In this document: piece after piece, positions 1 through 8,844 of the stretch
How the letters are laid out: each line of letters opens with the position of its first letter
How positions within the stretch are numbered: the first letter of the stretch is position 1
Source of the DNA: a bacterium
GTDB taxonomy: Bacteria; DUMJ01
Length of the DNA: 17,422 nt
Assembly: GCA_049970495.1 (NCBI GenBank)
Contig: JBMFMV010000040.1
Location: 1-17,422, forward strand
Reading direction: 5' to 3'
The notes under the pieces: model-generated
The model's database searches: none
The model's input: the letters and a program-made list of their open reading frames with translations, nothing else
What the model was told of the DNA's origin: nothing
Made by a program: the position numbers and the translations under genes

Positions 1-110
1 CTAGTAAAATATTTCTAGGTTAATAAAAATATATATACCCTCTAGACTTTCACCTCCAATCCAATTCCCTAGTAGTCTTAAACAGTAGATTCACAATTTC
101 TACCTCCTAT
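1..110 (-). ncRNA. putative structured 5' leader with T-box Stem-I-like distal motif (truncated by window edge)
   Basis: The minus strand reads ...CU-AGGGA-A-UUGGAUU-GGA-GGUGA-A-AGUCUAG..., an AGnGA bulge, a 7-bp stem (with G-U pairs) and a GGUGnRA loop. No specifier or antiterminator is visible within the window. Confidence 0.3.
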
Positions 111-114
111 AAGG

Positions 115-144
115 ATTATAGGATAACATAGCTATAACTGTCAA
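115..144 (-). promoter_or_regulatory. sigma70-type promoter firing leftwards (TTGACA-N18-TATAAT)
   Basis: Plus-strand TGTCAA at 139-144 and ATTATA at 115-120 read TTGACA and TATAAT on the minus strand. Both hexamers are perfect consensus with an 18-bp spacer. Confidence 0.7.
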
Positions 145-170
145 TAGTAGAACAAATTTTCAAGTACTGC

Positions 171-200
171 TAGACTCTTTAACTCCTGTAGTAATATAAT
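171..200 (+). promoter_or_regulatory. putative sigma70 promoter of nrdJ (TAGACT-N18-TATAAT)
   Basis: TAGACT at 171-176 and TATAAT at 195-200, followed by RBS GGAGGG at 220-225 and ATG at 231. Confidence 0.5.
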
Positions 201-230
201 ATTTTTATATAAATTCCTCGGAGGGAAAAT

Positions 231-3200
231 ATGGAGTTAGATAGATTGTCTCAAGAGGTATGGGAAAGAAAATATAAATGGAAAGAAGAAAGGAGTCTAG
301 ATGACAATATAAAGAGAGTGGCTAGAGAAGCAGCTAAAGTGGAAGAGACAGATACAAAACAGAGAGAATGGGAAGAGAAATTCTATAAACTTATGGAAAA
401 TGCTAAGTTCTTACCTGGTGGCCGTATCTTAGCTGGAATAGGGACCTCAATGTATCAGACCCTTTTCAACTGTTTTACTCTGCCAGTTATAGAAGACTCT
501 ATAGAAGGGATCTTTGAAAGTGTAAAACTCAATGCCATTATCCATTCGCTTGGTGGGGGAACCGGAGCAAATTTCTCTACAATAAGGCCAGAAGGAGCAG
601 AGGTAAAGACAAAAGGTGGAACTGCAAGTGGTCCGGTATCATTTATGACCGTATTTGATGCTGAAACAAAGACAATAACGACTGGGAATGCCCGTAAGGG
701 TGCAAATATGGGGATATTAAACGTAGACCATCCTGACATAGAAAAGTTTATCACTGCAAAGCATACACCAGGAGTCTTAACCCAGTTCAATATTAGTGTG
801 GGTGTTACGGATGAATTTATATCTGCAGTGATAGATGATAAGGATTGGGAACTTAAATTTAACGGAAAGGTGTATAGAGTAGTAAGGGCTAGAGATTTAT
901 GGAACCTTATAGTAAAGAGCGCCTATGACTATGCAGAACCAGGAGTAATCAATCTTTCAACTATAAACAGACTAAATAATCTATATTATATTGAAAACAT
1001 ACAGGCGACTAACCCTTGTGTAACGGGAGATACCCTTGTATCAACAGATAGGGGACTAATTACTATAGAAGAGTTGGCTAACCTTAGAGAAGGTATTATA
1101 GGCCTTATAATAGACCCTAGAGTAACATTCTCCAAGGAGCTTGAAGGAACTTACAATAACAGTTTAAGTTCAAATATCTATCCTTTGGGTAAAGCCTTTA
1201 GGACAGGGAGAAAAAAAGTAATAAGGATTACTACTAAGGCAGGTTTTGAAATCAAAGTCACACCCGACCATAAGATTTTAACTGATAGGGGATGGATAGA
1301 GGCTGGTAAGTTAAGTCCAAATAAAGATAAAGTAATGATTCAATCTATGAATGGTAGTTTTCTTGACAGTGGTAAATTACCGTACGATTTCTCTTCTATA
1401 GACAAAAATCTTCCCAATGAGTGGAGCTATGAGTTAGGTTTTGTCCTTGGTTATCTTATAGGTGATGGCTGGTTGAGAAATAGCAATAGGAGTTGTAGGG
1501 TTGGGTTTACCTTTGGAGAGAATGATAAAAACATCCTAGAGTACATAAAGCCTATTGTAGACAGATGGAACGGAAGAGCTGTAAAACCAATAAAAAGAAA
1601 TGATAAGGTGTATCATCTCTCCTATCATAGAAAATCCTTGGTAGAATTCTTTACTATGTTAGGAGTTAAGCCAGTAAAGGCAGAAGAGAAAGAAGTCCCA
1701 TCATCTATATTTACTAGTACAGAGGAGGCAGTATTAGGATTCTTAAGAGGATTGTTCTCGGCTGATGGACATATTGGATTTAGTAAAGATAAGGATTCAA
1801 GTATAAGACTTACATCTAAGTCTAAGAAGCTTTTAAAACAGGTTCAACTGCTACTACTTCAATTTGGTATATTTTCTAGGTTGTTGCCCAGACATAGAGA
1901 AGCAAAGGTAAAGTTTACCTATAATACTGTGAAAGGGGAGGAACATTTATATCTTAGAGACGGGAGGATTTATGAACTTATAATTACTAGAGAAGATGTC
2001 CCCTTGTTTCTTGAAAGGATTGGATTCTTCCTAGAGAAACATACAGAAAAAATAGAGATACTAAAGAGTAAAACCTACTACTCTAGAAATTTCCTAGATG
2101 AGATTGTAGAGATTATCCCTTTAGGGGAGGAGATCGTTTATGACCTTATTGAACCTTTTACGCATTCCTTTATAGCTAATGGGATAGTTGTTCATAACTG
2201 TGGCGAACAGCCTCTTCCTCCTGCTGGTTGTTGCCTTTTAGGAAGTTTTAATCTTACTCAATTTGTTCTAGACCCATTTACTGAGAATGCAAGGTTTGAC
2301 TTTGAAAGTTTAAGTAAATATGTACCAGTAGCGGTAAGATTATTGGACAATATTATTGAAATAAGTAAATATCCCCTTCCAATATATGAAGAAGAAGAGA
2401 AGAATAAACGTAGAATGGGTATTGGTATTATGGGTCTAGGTTCTACCTTAGCTATGCTAGGATTAAAGTATTCTAGTCCAGAAGGTAGACGTCAGGCAGG
2501 ACTTATAATGAAAACCATAAGAGATTCTGCCTATCTAGCCTCTTCGATATTAGCCAAAGAAAAGGGAACATTCAAATATTTTGACAAAGACAAGTACTTA
2601 GCAGGAGAATTTATAAAACGACTTCCTGAGGAGATCAAAGAGGCGATTAAAGAGAATGGCATCCACAATTCTCATCTTATCAGTATAGCTCCAACAGGCA
2701 CCTTATCTGTAGTTGCTAATAATGTATCTAGTGGTGTGGAGCCCATATTTAGTCTTTCTTATAAAAGAAGAGTAAAGGTAAGTTCAGATTCTATTCGTGG
2801 AGACCAGTTTGAAGAGTACGAAGTGATGGACTATGCATATAGATTATATAGAGAACTTAAAGGTGACGGACCTATTCCACCTTATTTTGAAACCGCGTAT
2901 GATATAAAGCCAGAGGATCATTTAGAGATGTTAAAGACTGTAGGTTATTACGTAGACTCCTCTGTCTCGAAGACGATAAACGTGCCTAAAGATTACCCGA
3001 TAGACTCATTCTTCAATCTATTCCTAGACGCAATGAGGTCTGAGGTAAAGGGACTTACTGTTTACAGGGAAGGCTCTAGAGAAGGAATACTTATAAGAGA
3101 GACTGAAGAGAAAGTCGTTAAAAAAGGGAAACCAGAAAGACCGTACAAGTTGAGAGGGACTACATATAAAGTAAAAACTCCAAAGGCATCATACTACATT

Positions 3201-3590
3201 ACTCTAAATGAGATAGAGGAAGGTGGAAAAAGAAGACCATTTGAGATATTCATAAATACAAAGGATGCCTCTAGCATACCCTGGATAACCGCATTAGCAA
3301 GATTGATGAGTGCTGTGTTTGTAAGAGAGGAAGACCCATCATTCCTTATAGATCAACTTCGTACTATAGTTGACCCAAATGGTGGATATTGGAGAGATGG
3401 AAAACGTATACCGTCTGTTTTATCAGACATAGCAAACGTATTAGAAGAATATCTAACTGAACTTGGGAAGATAGAAAAGAAAGAAAATCAGCCTAAGCTT
3501 CTTATATGTCCAGAATGTGGACAACAAACATATCTATTAGAGGAGAGCTGCGGTAGATGTCTATCCTGCGGATATTCTCAATGTAGTTAA
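231..3590 (+). CDS. nrdJ: class II adenosylcobalamin-dependent ribonucleotide reductase, intein-containing, with C-terminal TSCPD-like domain and Zn-ribbon
   Basis: Motifs [79 protein letters not shown] and KGLTVYR. The C-terminus ends CPECG...[12 protein letters not shown]. There is no N-terminal ATP cone and no adjacent nrdB/nrdF beta subunit gene. Confidence 0.93.
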   Translation: MELDRLSQEVWERKYKWKEERSLDDNIKRVAREAAKVEETDTKQREWEEKFYKLMENAKFLPGGRILAGIGTSMYQTLFNCFTLPVIEDSIEGIFESVKLNAIIHSLGGGTGANFSTIRPEGAEVKTKGGTASGPVSFMTVFDAETKTITTGNARKGANMGILNVDHPDIEKFITAKHTPGVLTQFNISVGVTDEFISAVIDDKDWELKFNGKVYRVVRARDLWNLIVKSAYDYAEPGVINLSTINRLNNLYYIENIQATNPCVTGDTLVSTDRGLITIEELANLREGIIGLIIDPRVTFSKELEGTYNNSLSSNIYPLGKAFRTGRKKVIRITTKAGFEIKVTPDHKILTDRGWIEAGKLSPNKDKVMIQSMNGSFLDSGKLPYDFSSIDKNLPNEWSYELGFVLGYLIGDGWLRNSNRSCRVGFTFGENDKNILEYIKPIVDRWNGRAVKPIKRNDKVYHLSYHRKSLVEFFTMLGVKPVKAEEKEVPSSIFTSTEEAVLGFLRGLFSADGHIGFSKDKDSSIRLTSKSKKLLKQVQLLLLQFGIFSRLLPRHREAKVKFTYNTVKGEEHLYLRDGRIYELIITREDVPLFLERIGFFLEKHTEKIEILKSKTYYSRNFLDEIVEIIPLGEEIVYDLIEPFTHSFIANGIVVHNCGEQPLPPAGCCLLGSFNLTQFVLDPFTENARFDFESLSKYVPVAVRLLDNIIEISKYPLPIYEEEEKNKRRMGIGIMGLGSTLAMLGLKYSSPEGRRQAGLIMKTIRDSAYLASSILAKEKGTFKYFDKDKYLAGEFIKRLPEEIKEAIKENGIHNSHLISIAPTGTLSVVANNVSSGVEPIFSLSYKRRVKVSSDSIRGDQFEEYEVMDYAYRLYRELKGDGPIPPYFETAYDIKPEDHLEMLKTVGYYVDSSVSKTINVPKDYPIDSFFNLFLDAMRSEVKGLTVYREGSREGILIRETEEKVVKKGKPERPYKLRGTTYKVKTPKASYYITLNEIEEGGKRRPFEIFINTKDASSIPWITALARLMSAVFVREEDPSFLIDQLRTIVDPNGGYWRDGKRIPSVLSDIANVLEEYLTELGKIEKKENQPKLLICPECGQQTYLLEESCGRCLSCGYSQCS
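1017..2198 (+). mobile_element. intein with LAGLIDADG (DOD) homing endonuclease, 394 aa, inserted in NP|CGE
   Basis: Block A CVTGDTLV, block [18 protein letters not shown] blocks [10 protein letters not shown] and [10 protein letters not shown], blocks F/G VYDL...[12 protein letters not shown], then +1 Cys. Removing it restores QATNPCGEQPL and gives a 725-aa extein. Confidence 0.96.
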
Positions 3591-4069
3591 AGTTTGTAAC
3601 CTATCTTTCTTAATAATGCCTTTCTCTCCTCTATATCTTTTTCTCCTTCTATACCTAGAGGGGAACCACCATCTATAACTCCTAGTATACCTTTACCCTG
3701 CTCTGTCTTAGCAACAATAACTTCTACCGGATTAGCGGTAGCACAATATATATTGCATACTTCTTGCACATCTTTAATAGCTCTAAGTATATTTATTGGA
3801 TACGCATCCTTTATAAATACAATAAAGGAATGACCAGCACCAATATTATAAGCGTTCTTCTTGGCTAATTCTATTAATTCTTCATCATTCCCTGCAAATC
3901 TAACTAACCTTGGTCCAGAACTTTCACAGAAAGCTAAGCCAAACTTTATCCCAGGGACAGAACCTACTATAGTCTCATATAAATCTTCTACTGTCTTTAT
4001 AAAATGAGACTGTCCAAGAATAAAGTTATATCCATTAGGATTATCAATCTTTATAACCTCAAGTTCCAT
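3587..4069 (-). CDS. adenosine-specific kinase family protein (DUF355 / PAE2307-like)
   Basis: Family signatures [51 protein letters not shown] and LRKIGYK. RBS AAGGAGGTG lies upstream. Confidence 0.88.
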   Translation of the reverse strand: MELEVIKIDNPNGYNFILGQSHFIKTVEDLYETIVGSVPGIKFGLAFCESSGPRLVRFAGNDEELIELAKKNAYNIGAGHSFIVFIKDAYPINILRAIKDVQEVCNIYCATANPVEVIVAKTEQGKGILGVIDGGSPLGIEGEKDIEERKALLRKIGYKL

Positions 4070-4130
4070 AACAAGTTACACCTCCTTGTGAGAATATTAG
4101 GAGTACAAAGAAATAATTAATTTTTATCTA

Positions 4131-5270
4131 TTATAACACACTGACTTTCTTTTTTAACTTTATCTTACTTGCCATAAATATTGAAACTAAAACTATAGAA
4201 GCCCCTAGTAAAAACATAGTCTGATAGTTAAATCTCTCCCAAAGGATTCCTCCAATAATCGGCATTGTAACTGCTGCTATATGGTTAACTGTAACCCCCA
4301 TAGATATGTTAGGTGATAGATCATCAGGTCTTGAAATCTTATCTATATAGGTAGTAAGAGCTAGACTAAAGTTAATAGATATATTATCAAGGCAGTACAA
4401 TATAGAGAGAACAATAATAGACTTAGTAAGAGCATAACCAATAAATATGAGTAAGGCTCCAGTATAACTAAATAAAAGTATAACCCTCTCTCCAAAGTTA
4501 TCTATAAGTCTTCCAGCTCTAGGAGCAATAATCATATTCATAATACTATTTACTATAAGGAGCAAAGATATATGTTGAATCGGAACCTTATAGACTTTAG
4601 TAAGTACAAAGAGGGCAAATGTAGCAAATACCTGTCTCCTTGAACCTTCCAGAAAATTTAGGATATAGTAGAGTATATATTCTTTCCTGAAAACTAAGGA
4701 AGGAGGCTTTACATTAATCTTAGGTTCATATGGTATCTTTAATACTAAGACTGACCCTATGAAAGGTAGGATGCCAGCTATCAAATAATAAGTCCTAAAG
4801 GGGATAAATTTACCAGTCAGAAATACAAAGCTCATAGCGGTAAGGCTTGAAAACGCCGCTATAGAATTAATCTGGCCCAATCTCCTACCCTTTCCTATTT
4901 CTTCGGCAAAGTTTAACGTAAAGATTGGACTTAGGGTCATCCAGAGATGTATTCCTAAACTCCAGATAAAACCCGCATATATAAGCTCAAAGAGGTTAGT
5001 GACTCTAGAATAAAAACTAAAACCTATCCCTGCAAACATAAAAGAGAGCATAGCTAGGTATTGTTTCCTCATAAAGCTAAAAAGGGCACTTATAAAGGCT
5101 ATAAGTAATCCAGGAGTTTCACGAAACGCCTCTAATATTCCTAATTGATCAGGACGAAGTTTTACTTCTTGAGCAGCAAAGTTATTAAAGACTGAGGTAT
5201 GTAGCCCTAAACTTAAGTTAAGGAGAAATACAGATACAGCTAGAATAATAAACCCGTAGTCTCTTTTCAT
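4131..5270 (-). CDS. MFS transporter
   Basis: 379 aa with about 12 hydrophobic segments and the MFS motif-A-like GRLIDNFGER. Its start directly abuts the stop of the upstream EamA gene. Confidence 0.85.
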   Translation of the reverse strand: MKRDYGFIILAVSVFLLNLSLGLHTSVFNNFAAQEVKLRPDQLGILEAFRETPGLLIAFISALFSFMRKQYLAMLSFMFAGIGFSFYSRVTNLFELIYAGFIWSLGIHLWMTLSPIFTLNFAEEIGKGRRLGQINSIAAFSSLTAMSFVFLTGKFIPFRTYYLIAGILPFIGSVLVLKIPYEPKINVKPPSLVFRKEYILYYILNFLEGSRRQVFATFALFVLTKVYKVPIQHISLLLIVNSIMNMIIAPRAGRLIDNFGERVILLFSYTGALLIFIGYALTKSIIVLSILYCLDNISINFSLALTTYIDKISRPDDLSPNISMGVTVNHIAAVTMPIIGGILWERFNYQTMFLLGASIVLVSIFMASKIKLKKKVSVL

Positions 5271-6128
5271 TTAATCCTTTCTCCTTTCAGGGATCTGTGT
5301 AACTAACATCCCGAACAGTATTAACCCAGCACCAAATAGAGCAGTTGGGGTCAAAACTTCTTTCAGTATTAGATAACCAAACAAGCCACCAAAAACTGGT
5401 TCAGTAGCAAATATTAAGGCAATTGTAGTTGGATTAATAACTTTCTGTGCTAAAGCTTGAATGTAGAATGCTAGAGCTGTAGCAAATATAGCAGTGATTA
5501 CTATAGCCCATATAGCGGTGATAGAAATGGGTGTATTAATCCTTTCTCTGAATATTGGTATAGATAGCCAACTAAGTGTAGCTACTACAATTACTTGAGT
5601 TGTAGCAATTACACCACTATCACTATTAGGGGCACATATCCCTACAGTAATTATCTGAGAGGCAAAGCATAAGGCACAAATAAGTACAAGGAGGTCTCCA
5701 TAGTTCATACTAAATGAGTGTAATCCGGTAAGATACCAAAGTCCTACTGTAGAAGATACTGCACCTAATATAGAAGTTAAAGGTAAACTCCTCTTCATAA
5801 AGATTATCTCTAAAAATGGAACCATAACAACACTAAGACCAGTAATAAATGCAGCATTAGAAGCAGATGTATATTTGAGCCCTATGGTCTGGAAGACATA
5901 GCCAAGAAATAAAAAGATACCGACCAATATATATCCAGGCTTTATCTTATGTCCCACAAAACTCTTCCTAAAGATAAGTAGCATTATAATGCTAGCAAGA
6001 GAAAATCTAACAGACAAAAAATAAAATGGTCCCATACAATCAAGAGCTGATTTCACTAGGGCAAATGTAGAACCCCAAATCAGGTTAACAAATAATAGGG
6101 CTGAAAAGAGCATATACTTATTCCTCAT
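5271..6128 (-). CDS. EamA/DMT family transporter
   Basis: 285 aa with about 10 TM segments. Motifs LIWGSTF, RFSLA, YTSASNAAFI, GDLL and EPVFG. Confidence 0.9.
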   Translation of the reverse strand: MRNKYMLFSALLFVNLIWGSTFALVKSALDCMGPFYFLSVRFSLASIIMLLIFRKSFVGHKIKPGYILVGIFLFLGYVFQTIGLKYTSASNAAFITGLSVVMVPFLEIIFMKRSLPLTSILGAVSSTVGLWYLTGLHSFSMNYGDLLVLICALCFASQIITVGICAPNSDSGVIATTQVIVVATLSWLSIPIFRERINTPISITAIWAIVITAIFATALAFYIQALAQKVINPTTIALIFATEPVFGGLFGYLILKEVLTPTALFGAGLILFGMLVTQIPERRKD

Positions 6129-6133
6129 AATGA

Positions 6134-6162
6134 ATTATAATAACATATATGAGAAGTATCTA
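6134..6162 (-). promoter_or_regulatory. putative promoter of EamA operon (TAGATA-N17-TATAAT); the -10 overlaps a plus-strand TATAAT
   Basis: Minus-strand TAGATA at 6162-6157 and TATAAT at 6139-6134, only 5 nt before the ATG at 6128. The palindrome ATTATAAT (6134-6141) also gives TATAAT at 6136-6141 on the plus strand, towards hypC. Confidence 0.5.
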
Positions 6163-6186
6163 ATTGATAAGTAAAGGAGGAAACAT

Positions 6187-6396
6187 ATGTGTCTTGCGGT
6201 CCCTGCAATTGTAAAAGAGATAAAAGGAGATAGAGCTATAGCAGAATTAGGAGGAGTTACTATAGAGATAAGTATAATCTTTACACCAGAGGTAAAGGTT
6301 GGCGATTATGTAGTGGTACATGCAGGATATTCAATAGCTATAATGGAAGAGAAAGAGGCAGAAGAAACGATAGAGCTTCTAAGGGAGATTATTTAG
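6187..6396 (+). CDS. hypC: [NiFe]-hydrogenase maturation chaperone HypC/HybG/HupF
   Basis: N-terminal MCLAVPA, VGDYVVVHAGY and a C-terminal helix EEKEAEETIELL. RBS AAGGAGG lies upstream. Confidence 0.93.
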   Translation: MCLAVPAIVKEIKGDRAIAELGGVTIEISIIFTPEVKVGDYVVVHAGYSIAIMEEKEAEETIELLREII

Positions 6397-7669
6397 AAGC
6401 TATACTTGCCTGTTTTTTATGCCTTTCTACAAACTCTTTTAGTGCAGGAACAGGTATCCATATTGATTTTGGAATTAGCCTACCCCTCTTTTTGAGCCTG
6501 CCAAAACCTTCTGGATGATAAGAAATCAGAATAAGTTTTTCGTACAAGTTTACAAAGAATCTAAGTATTGGATTAATATCAAACATAGTAATAATATCCA
6601 ATTCAGCGATTCTATAAAGCACAGTAACCCCATGGAACGCTTTTACTTTAATATCATTTTTCTTTAGATATTCTAATATCTTATCAAAAGAATAGATTAA
6701 TCTTCTTTTTATCTCTCTACTAGCACCCATCAAGGACTGATGATTTATTAAGACATTACTTATAGCATCATTTAAAAAGTGCACTTCTACAAAATTGTCC
6801 CCTCTATTTATAATAGTCCCGTCTTTAAGAACTATAGTCTTCCATCTATTCTTATTTATAGAAAAAGAGAGTAACATCTCAGGGTCATTAAGTTTGATAG
6901 TCTTAGTAATTTTATAGAATATCTTATCTACCACTAACCAGGTAAGTCTAAACAATAAGTTCAAAGTATTGGGTTTATTATATATCCTTCTTCTTGATAG
7001 AGAAGAAATCTCATATCCTCTCTTTCTTATCTCTTCTATTAGTATAGGTAGTGCTTCTACCGTCTTTCTACTTATATCATTCCAACGTCCATCATGAAAT
7101 AGTATAATATCTCCCGGTTCAATCCTTTCAAGAACTCTTTCGATTACCTTCTCTACTTTTATACCCTTTTGCCAATCTCTACTATCCAAAGACCAAAGAA
7201 CAAATTGTCTCTTTTCATTGTTTAAAAATCTTAATAGACCAAGATTAAAACCTCCCCATGGAGGTCTAATATATTGAGGCTTTTCATTAAGAATGCTATA
7301 AATAATCCTATCAGTCTTCTCAAACTCTTCTCTTGTTAAATTAGGAGGTAAAATCCATATTGGTCTATGGGAATAACCGTGACTACCTATAGAATGTCCT
7401 TTAGATCTTACTAATCTGACTATCTCTGGAAGCTCTTGAGCCCTTTTACCAAGAAAGAAAAATGTTGCCTTGATATTATTCTTTTCTAATATATCTAATA
7501 TCTTTAGAGTATAAACTGGATGAGGACCGTCATCAAATGTAAAAAACACATACTTACGAGAGGCATCACCTTTTCTCAAAACTCTAGATGATATAAATCT
7601 AAACCAGAGATCAGGAATAAATGCATAGATACTCAAAATAAAAAGGAATAAAAGGACTAGAAACAACAT
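6389..7669 (-). CDS. membrane-anchored polysaccharide deacetylase (CE4/NodB) fused to C-terminal YkoP-like domain
   Basis: N-terminal hydrophobic anchor. All five CE4 motifs are present: TFDDGP, HGYSH, RPPWG, DSRDW, LFHD. The C-terminal ~190 aa contains LKDGTIINRGDNFVEVHFLN, which resembles YkoP family proteins (recognised from memory). Confidence 0.82.
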   Translation of the reverse strand: MLFLVLLFLFILSIYAFIPDLWFRFISSRVLRKGDASRKYVFFTFDDGPHPVYTLKILDILEKNNIKATFFFLGKRAQELPEIVRLVRSKGHSIGSHGYSHRPIWILPPNLTREEFEKTDRIIYSILNEKPQYIRPPWGGFNLGLLRFLNNEKRQFVLWSLDSRDWQKGIKVEKVIERVLERIEPGDIILFHDGRWNDISRKTVEALPILIEEIRKRGYEISSLSRRRIYNKPNTLNLLFRLTWLVVDKIFYKITKTIKLNDPEMLLSFSINKNRWKTIVLKDGTIINRGDNFVEVHFLNDAISNVLINHQSLMGASREIKRRLIYSFDKILEYLKKNDIKVKAFHGVTVLYRIAELDIITMFDINPILRFFVNLYEKLILISYHPEGFGRLKKRGRLIPKSIWIPVPALKEFVERHKKQASIASK

Positions 7670-7679
7670 AGCTTCAGTA

Positions 7680-8807
7680 TCATACAGTGTTACTATTAAG
7701 TAGATTTAGGATTAGTTTAGCCCCTTCTATGGAAGACTGAGGCTTCTTTATTTTTCTCTCTGAATCCCTTATCCTTTTAACCATCTCTTTATCTGTGAGT
7801 AATATCTTTATCTTTTCTTTTAGCTCCAATTTATTATATGCTATTAGAGCAGCATTATTCTCTAATAGGAATTTTGCATTTTCCTCTTCATGTCCTGGTA
7901 TTACTCCATACAGTATCATTGGAGTCTCTGTAGCTAGAGCTTCGGATATAGTAACTGCTCCTGCCTTAGTTATAAGTATATCAGAAACAGCCAATAGTTC
8001 TTTATTTCTTTCTATATACCCAAAGACCTTTATATTATCTCTCCCTTGAACCTTTTCCAATAGTATTTTCCTTAACTTCTCATTCCTCCCAGTAACAATT
8101 ACCCCCTGAAAGGGAAGGTCTATCATCATTAATGCATCTGTAACGTCTATAAGTTTGCTCTCCAAACCGTATCCTCCCATCATAGAAGAAACTATTGGAA
8201 TATTCTTTTTAAAGCCAAAAATCTCTAATGCCTTATCTCTGTCGGTGGGTTCTGCAAATTTTGGTTCTATAGGTATCCCTGTATCTGCTATCTTATAAGA
8301 AGGAACGCCTTTGGAGATAAGAATCTCTTTCGCCATACTATTTGCTACTATATATAGGTCAACATAGGGATGAAGCCAGAAACTATGCACTGCTATATCT
8401 GTAACAACAGAAACAACAGGGATATCTATAACGCCTAATCTCTTTAATCTAGAAAGAACCCCAACTTGTATAGGATAAGTACATACTATAACTCTCGGCT
8501 CTTCCTTTTTTAATAGGTCTATAAGCTTCTCCGAACCTAACACATTTAGAAAATTATGTCCAAAACTATCTAAACTTATATTTTCTGTCTTTCTAAAAAA
8601 TCTTCCCCAAAGAGAAGGGTAATACTTGAGTATCCTCAGAAAAACCCATTGGGATATCTCATTGAGATAGGGATCCACAAGCTCTATAAAATCTACTATC
8701 TTGGTACTAAGATCTGGATTTAGATTAAGTATAGCAGATTGTAAAGCTAAAGCAACCTTTATATGTCCGGTTCCATAGCTTGCTACAAGAAATAAGATAT
8801 CACACAT
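7680..8807 (-). CDS. MGDG synthase / UgtP-like diacylglycerol glycosyltransferase (GT28)
   Basis: Motifs SYGTGH, VIVCTYP, VVTD...HSFWLHP, TGIPI, MGGYG, VTGRN, DILITKAGAVTISEALA and IPGHEEEN. Confidence 0.88.
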   Translation of the reverse strand: MCDILFLVASYGTGHIKVALALQSAILNLNPDLSTKIVDFIELVDPYLNEISQWVFLRILKYYPSLWGRFFRKTENISLDSFGHNFLNVLGSEKLIDLLKKEEPRVIVCTYPIQVGVLSRLKRLGVIDIPVVSVVTDIAVHSFWLHPYVDLYIVANSMAKEILISKGVPSYKIADTGIPIEPKFAEPTDRDKALEIFGFKKNIPIVSSMMGGYGLESKLIDVTDALMMIDLPFQGVIVTGRNEKLRKILLEKVQGRDNIKVFGYIERNKELLAVSDILITKAGAVTISEALATETPMILYGVIPGHEEENAKFLLENNAALIAYNKLELKEKIKILLTDKEMVKRIRDSERKIKKPQSSIEGAKLILNLLNSNTV

Positions 8808-8817
8808 AAAAAATATT

Positions 8818-8844
8818 TAGGGGAGCTAATATTTAGCTCCCCTA
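8818..8844 (-). terminator. intrinsic terminator-like hairpin after porB
   Basis: Perfect 12-bp inverted repeat TAGGGGAGCTAA/TTAGCTCCCCTA, 10 nt after the porB stop, followed on the minus strand by AATATTTTTT. Confidence 0.7.

Noticed and set aside
66..80. Similarity of TCCCTAGTAGTCTTA to the thrS hairpin arm TCCCTAGTCTTA (14104-14115)
   Set aside because: A short gapped match in a CTAG-rich, AT-rich sequence that is compatible with chance.
20..94. Selenocysteine/TGA read-through of the minus-strand mini-ORF
   Set aside because: Read-through adds only about 10 codons before TAA, there is no redox motif or SECIS, and other genes here use TGA as a normal stop.
79..96. Rex-like half site TTCACAA (also TTGTGA near 4086)
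   Set aside because: The matching second half of TTGTGAA-N4-TTCACAA is absent.
214..227. Small hairpin TTCCT-CGGA-GGGAA covering the nrdJ RBS
   Set aside because: Only 5 bp including a G-U pair, too weak to call an RNA thermometer or switch.
145..230. NrdR boxes or cobalamin riboswitch upstream of nrdJ
   Set aside because: No convincing ACACNATATNTNGTG-type palindrome. The predicted 5' UTR (~25 nt) is too short for a B12 riboswitch.
455..790. 111-aa minus-strand ORF
   Set aside because: Antisense shadow of conserved nrdJ, with no recognisable motif.
7795..8049. 84-aa plus-strand ORF
   Set aside because: Antisense shadow of the glycosyltransferase, Ser/Ile/Phe-rich as expected for the reverse frame.
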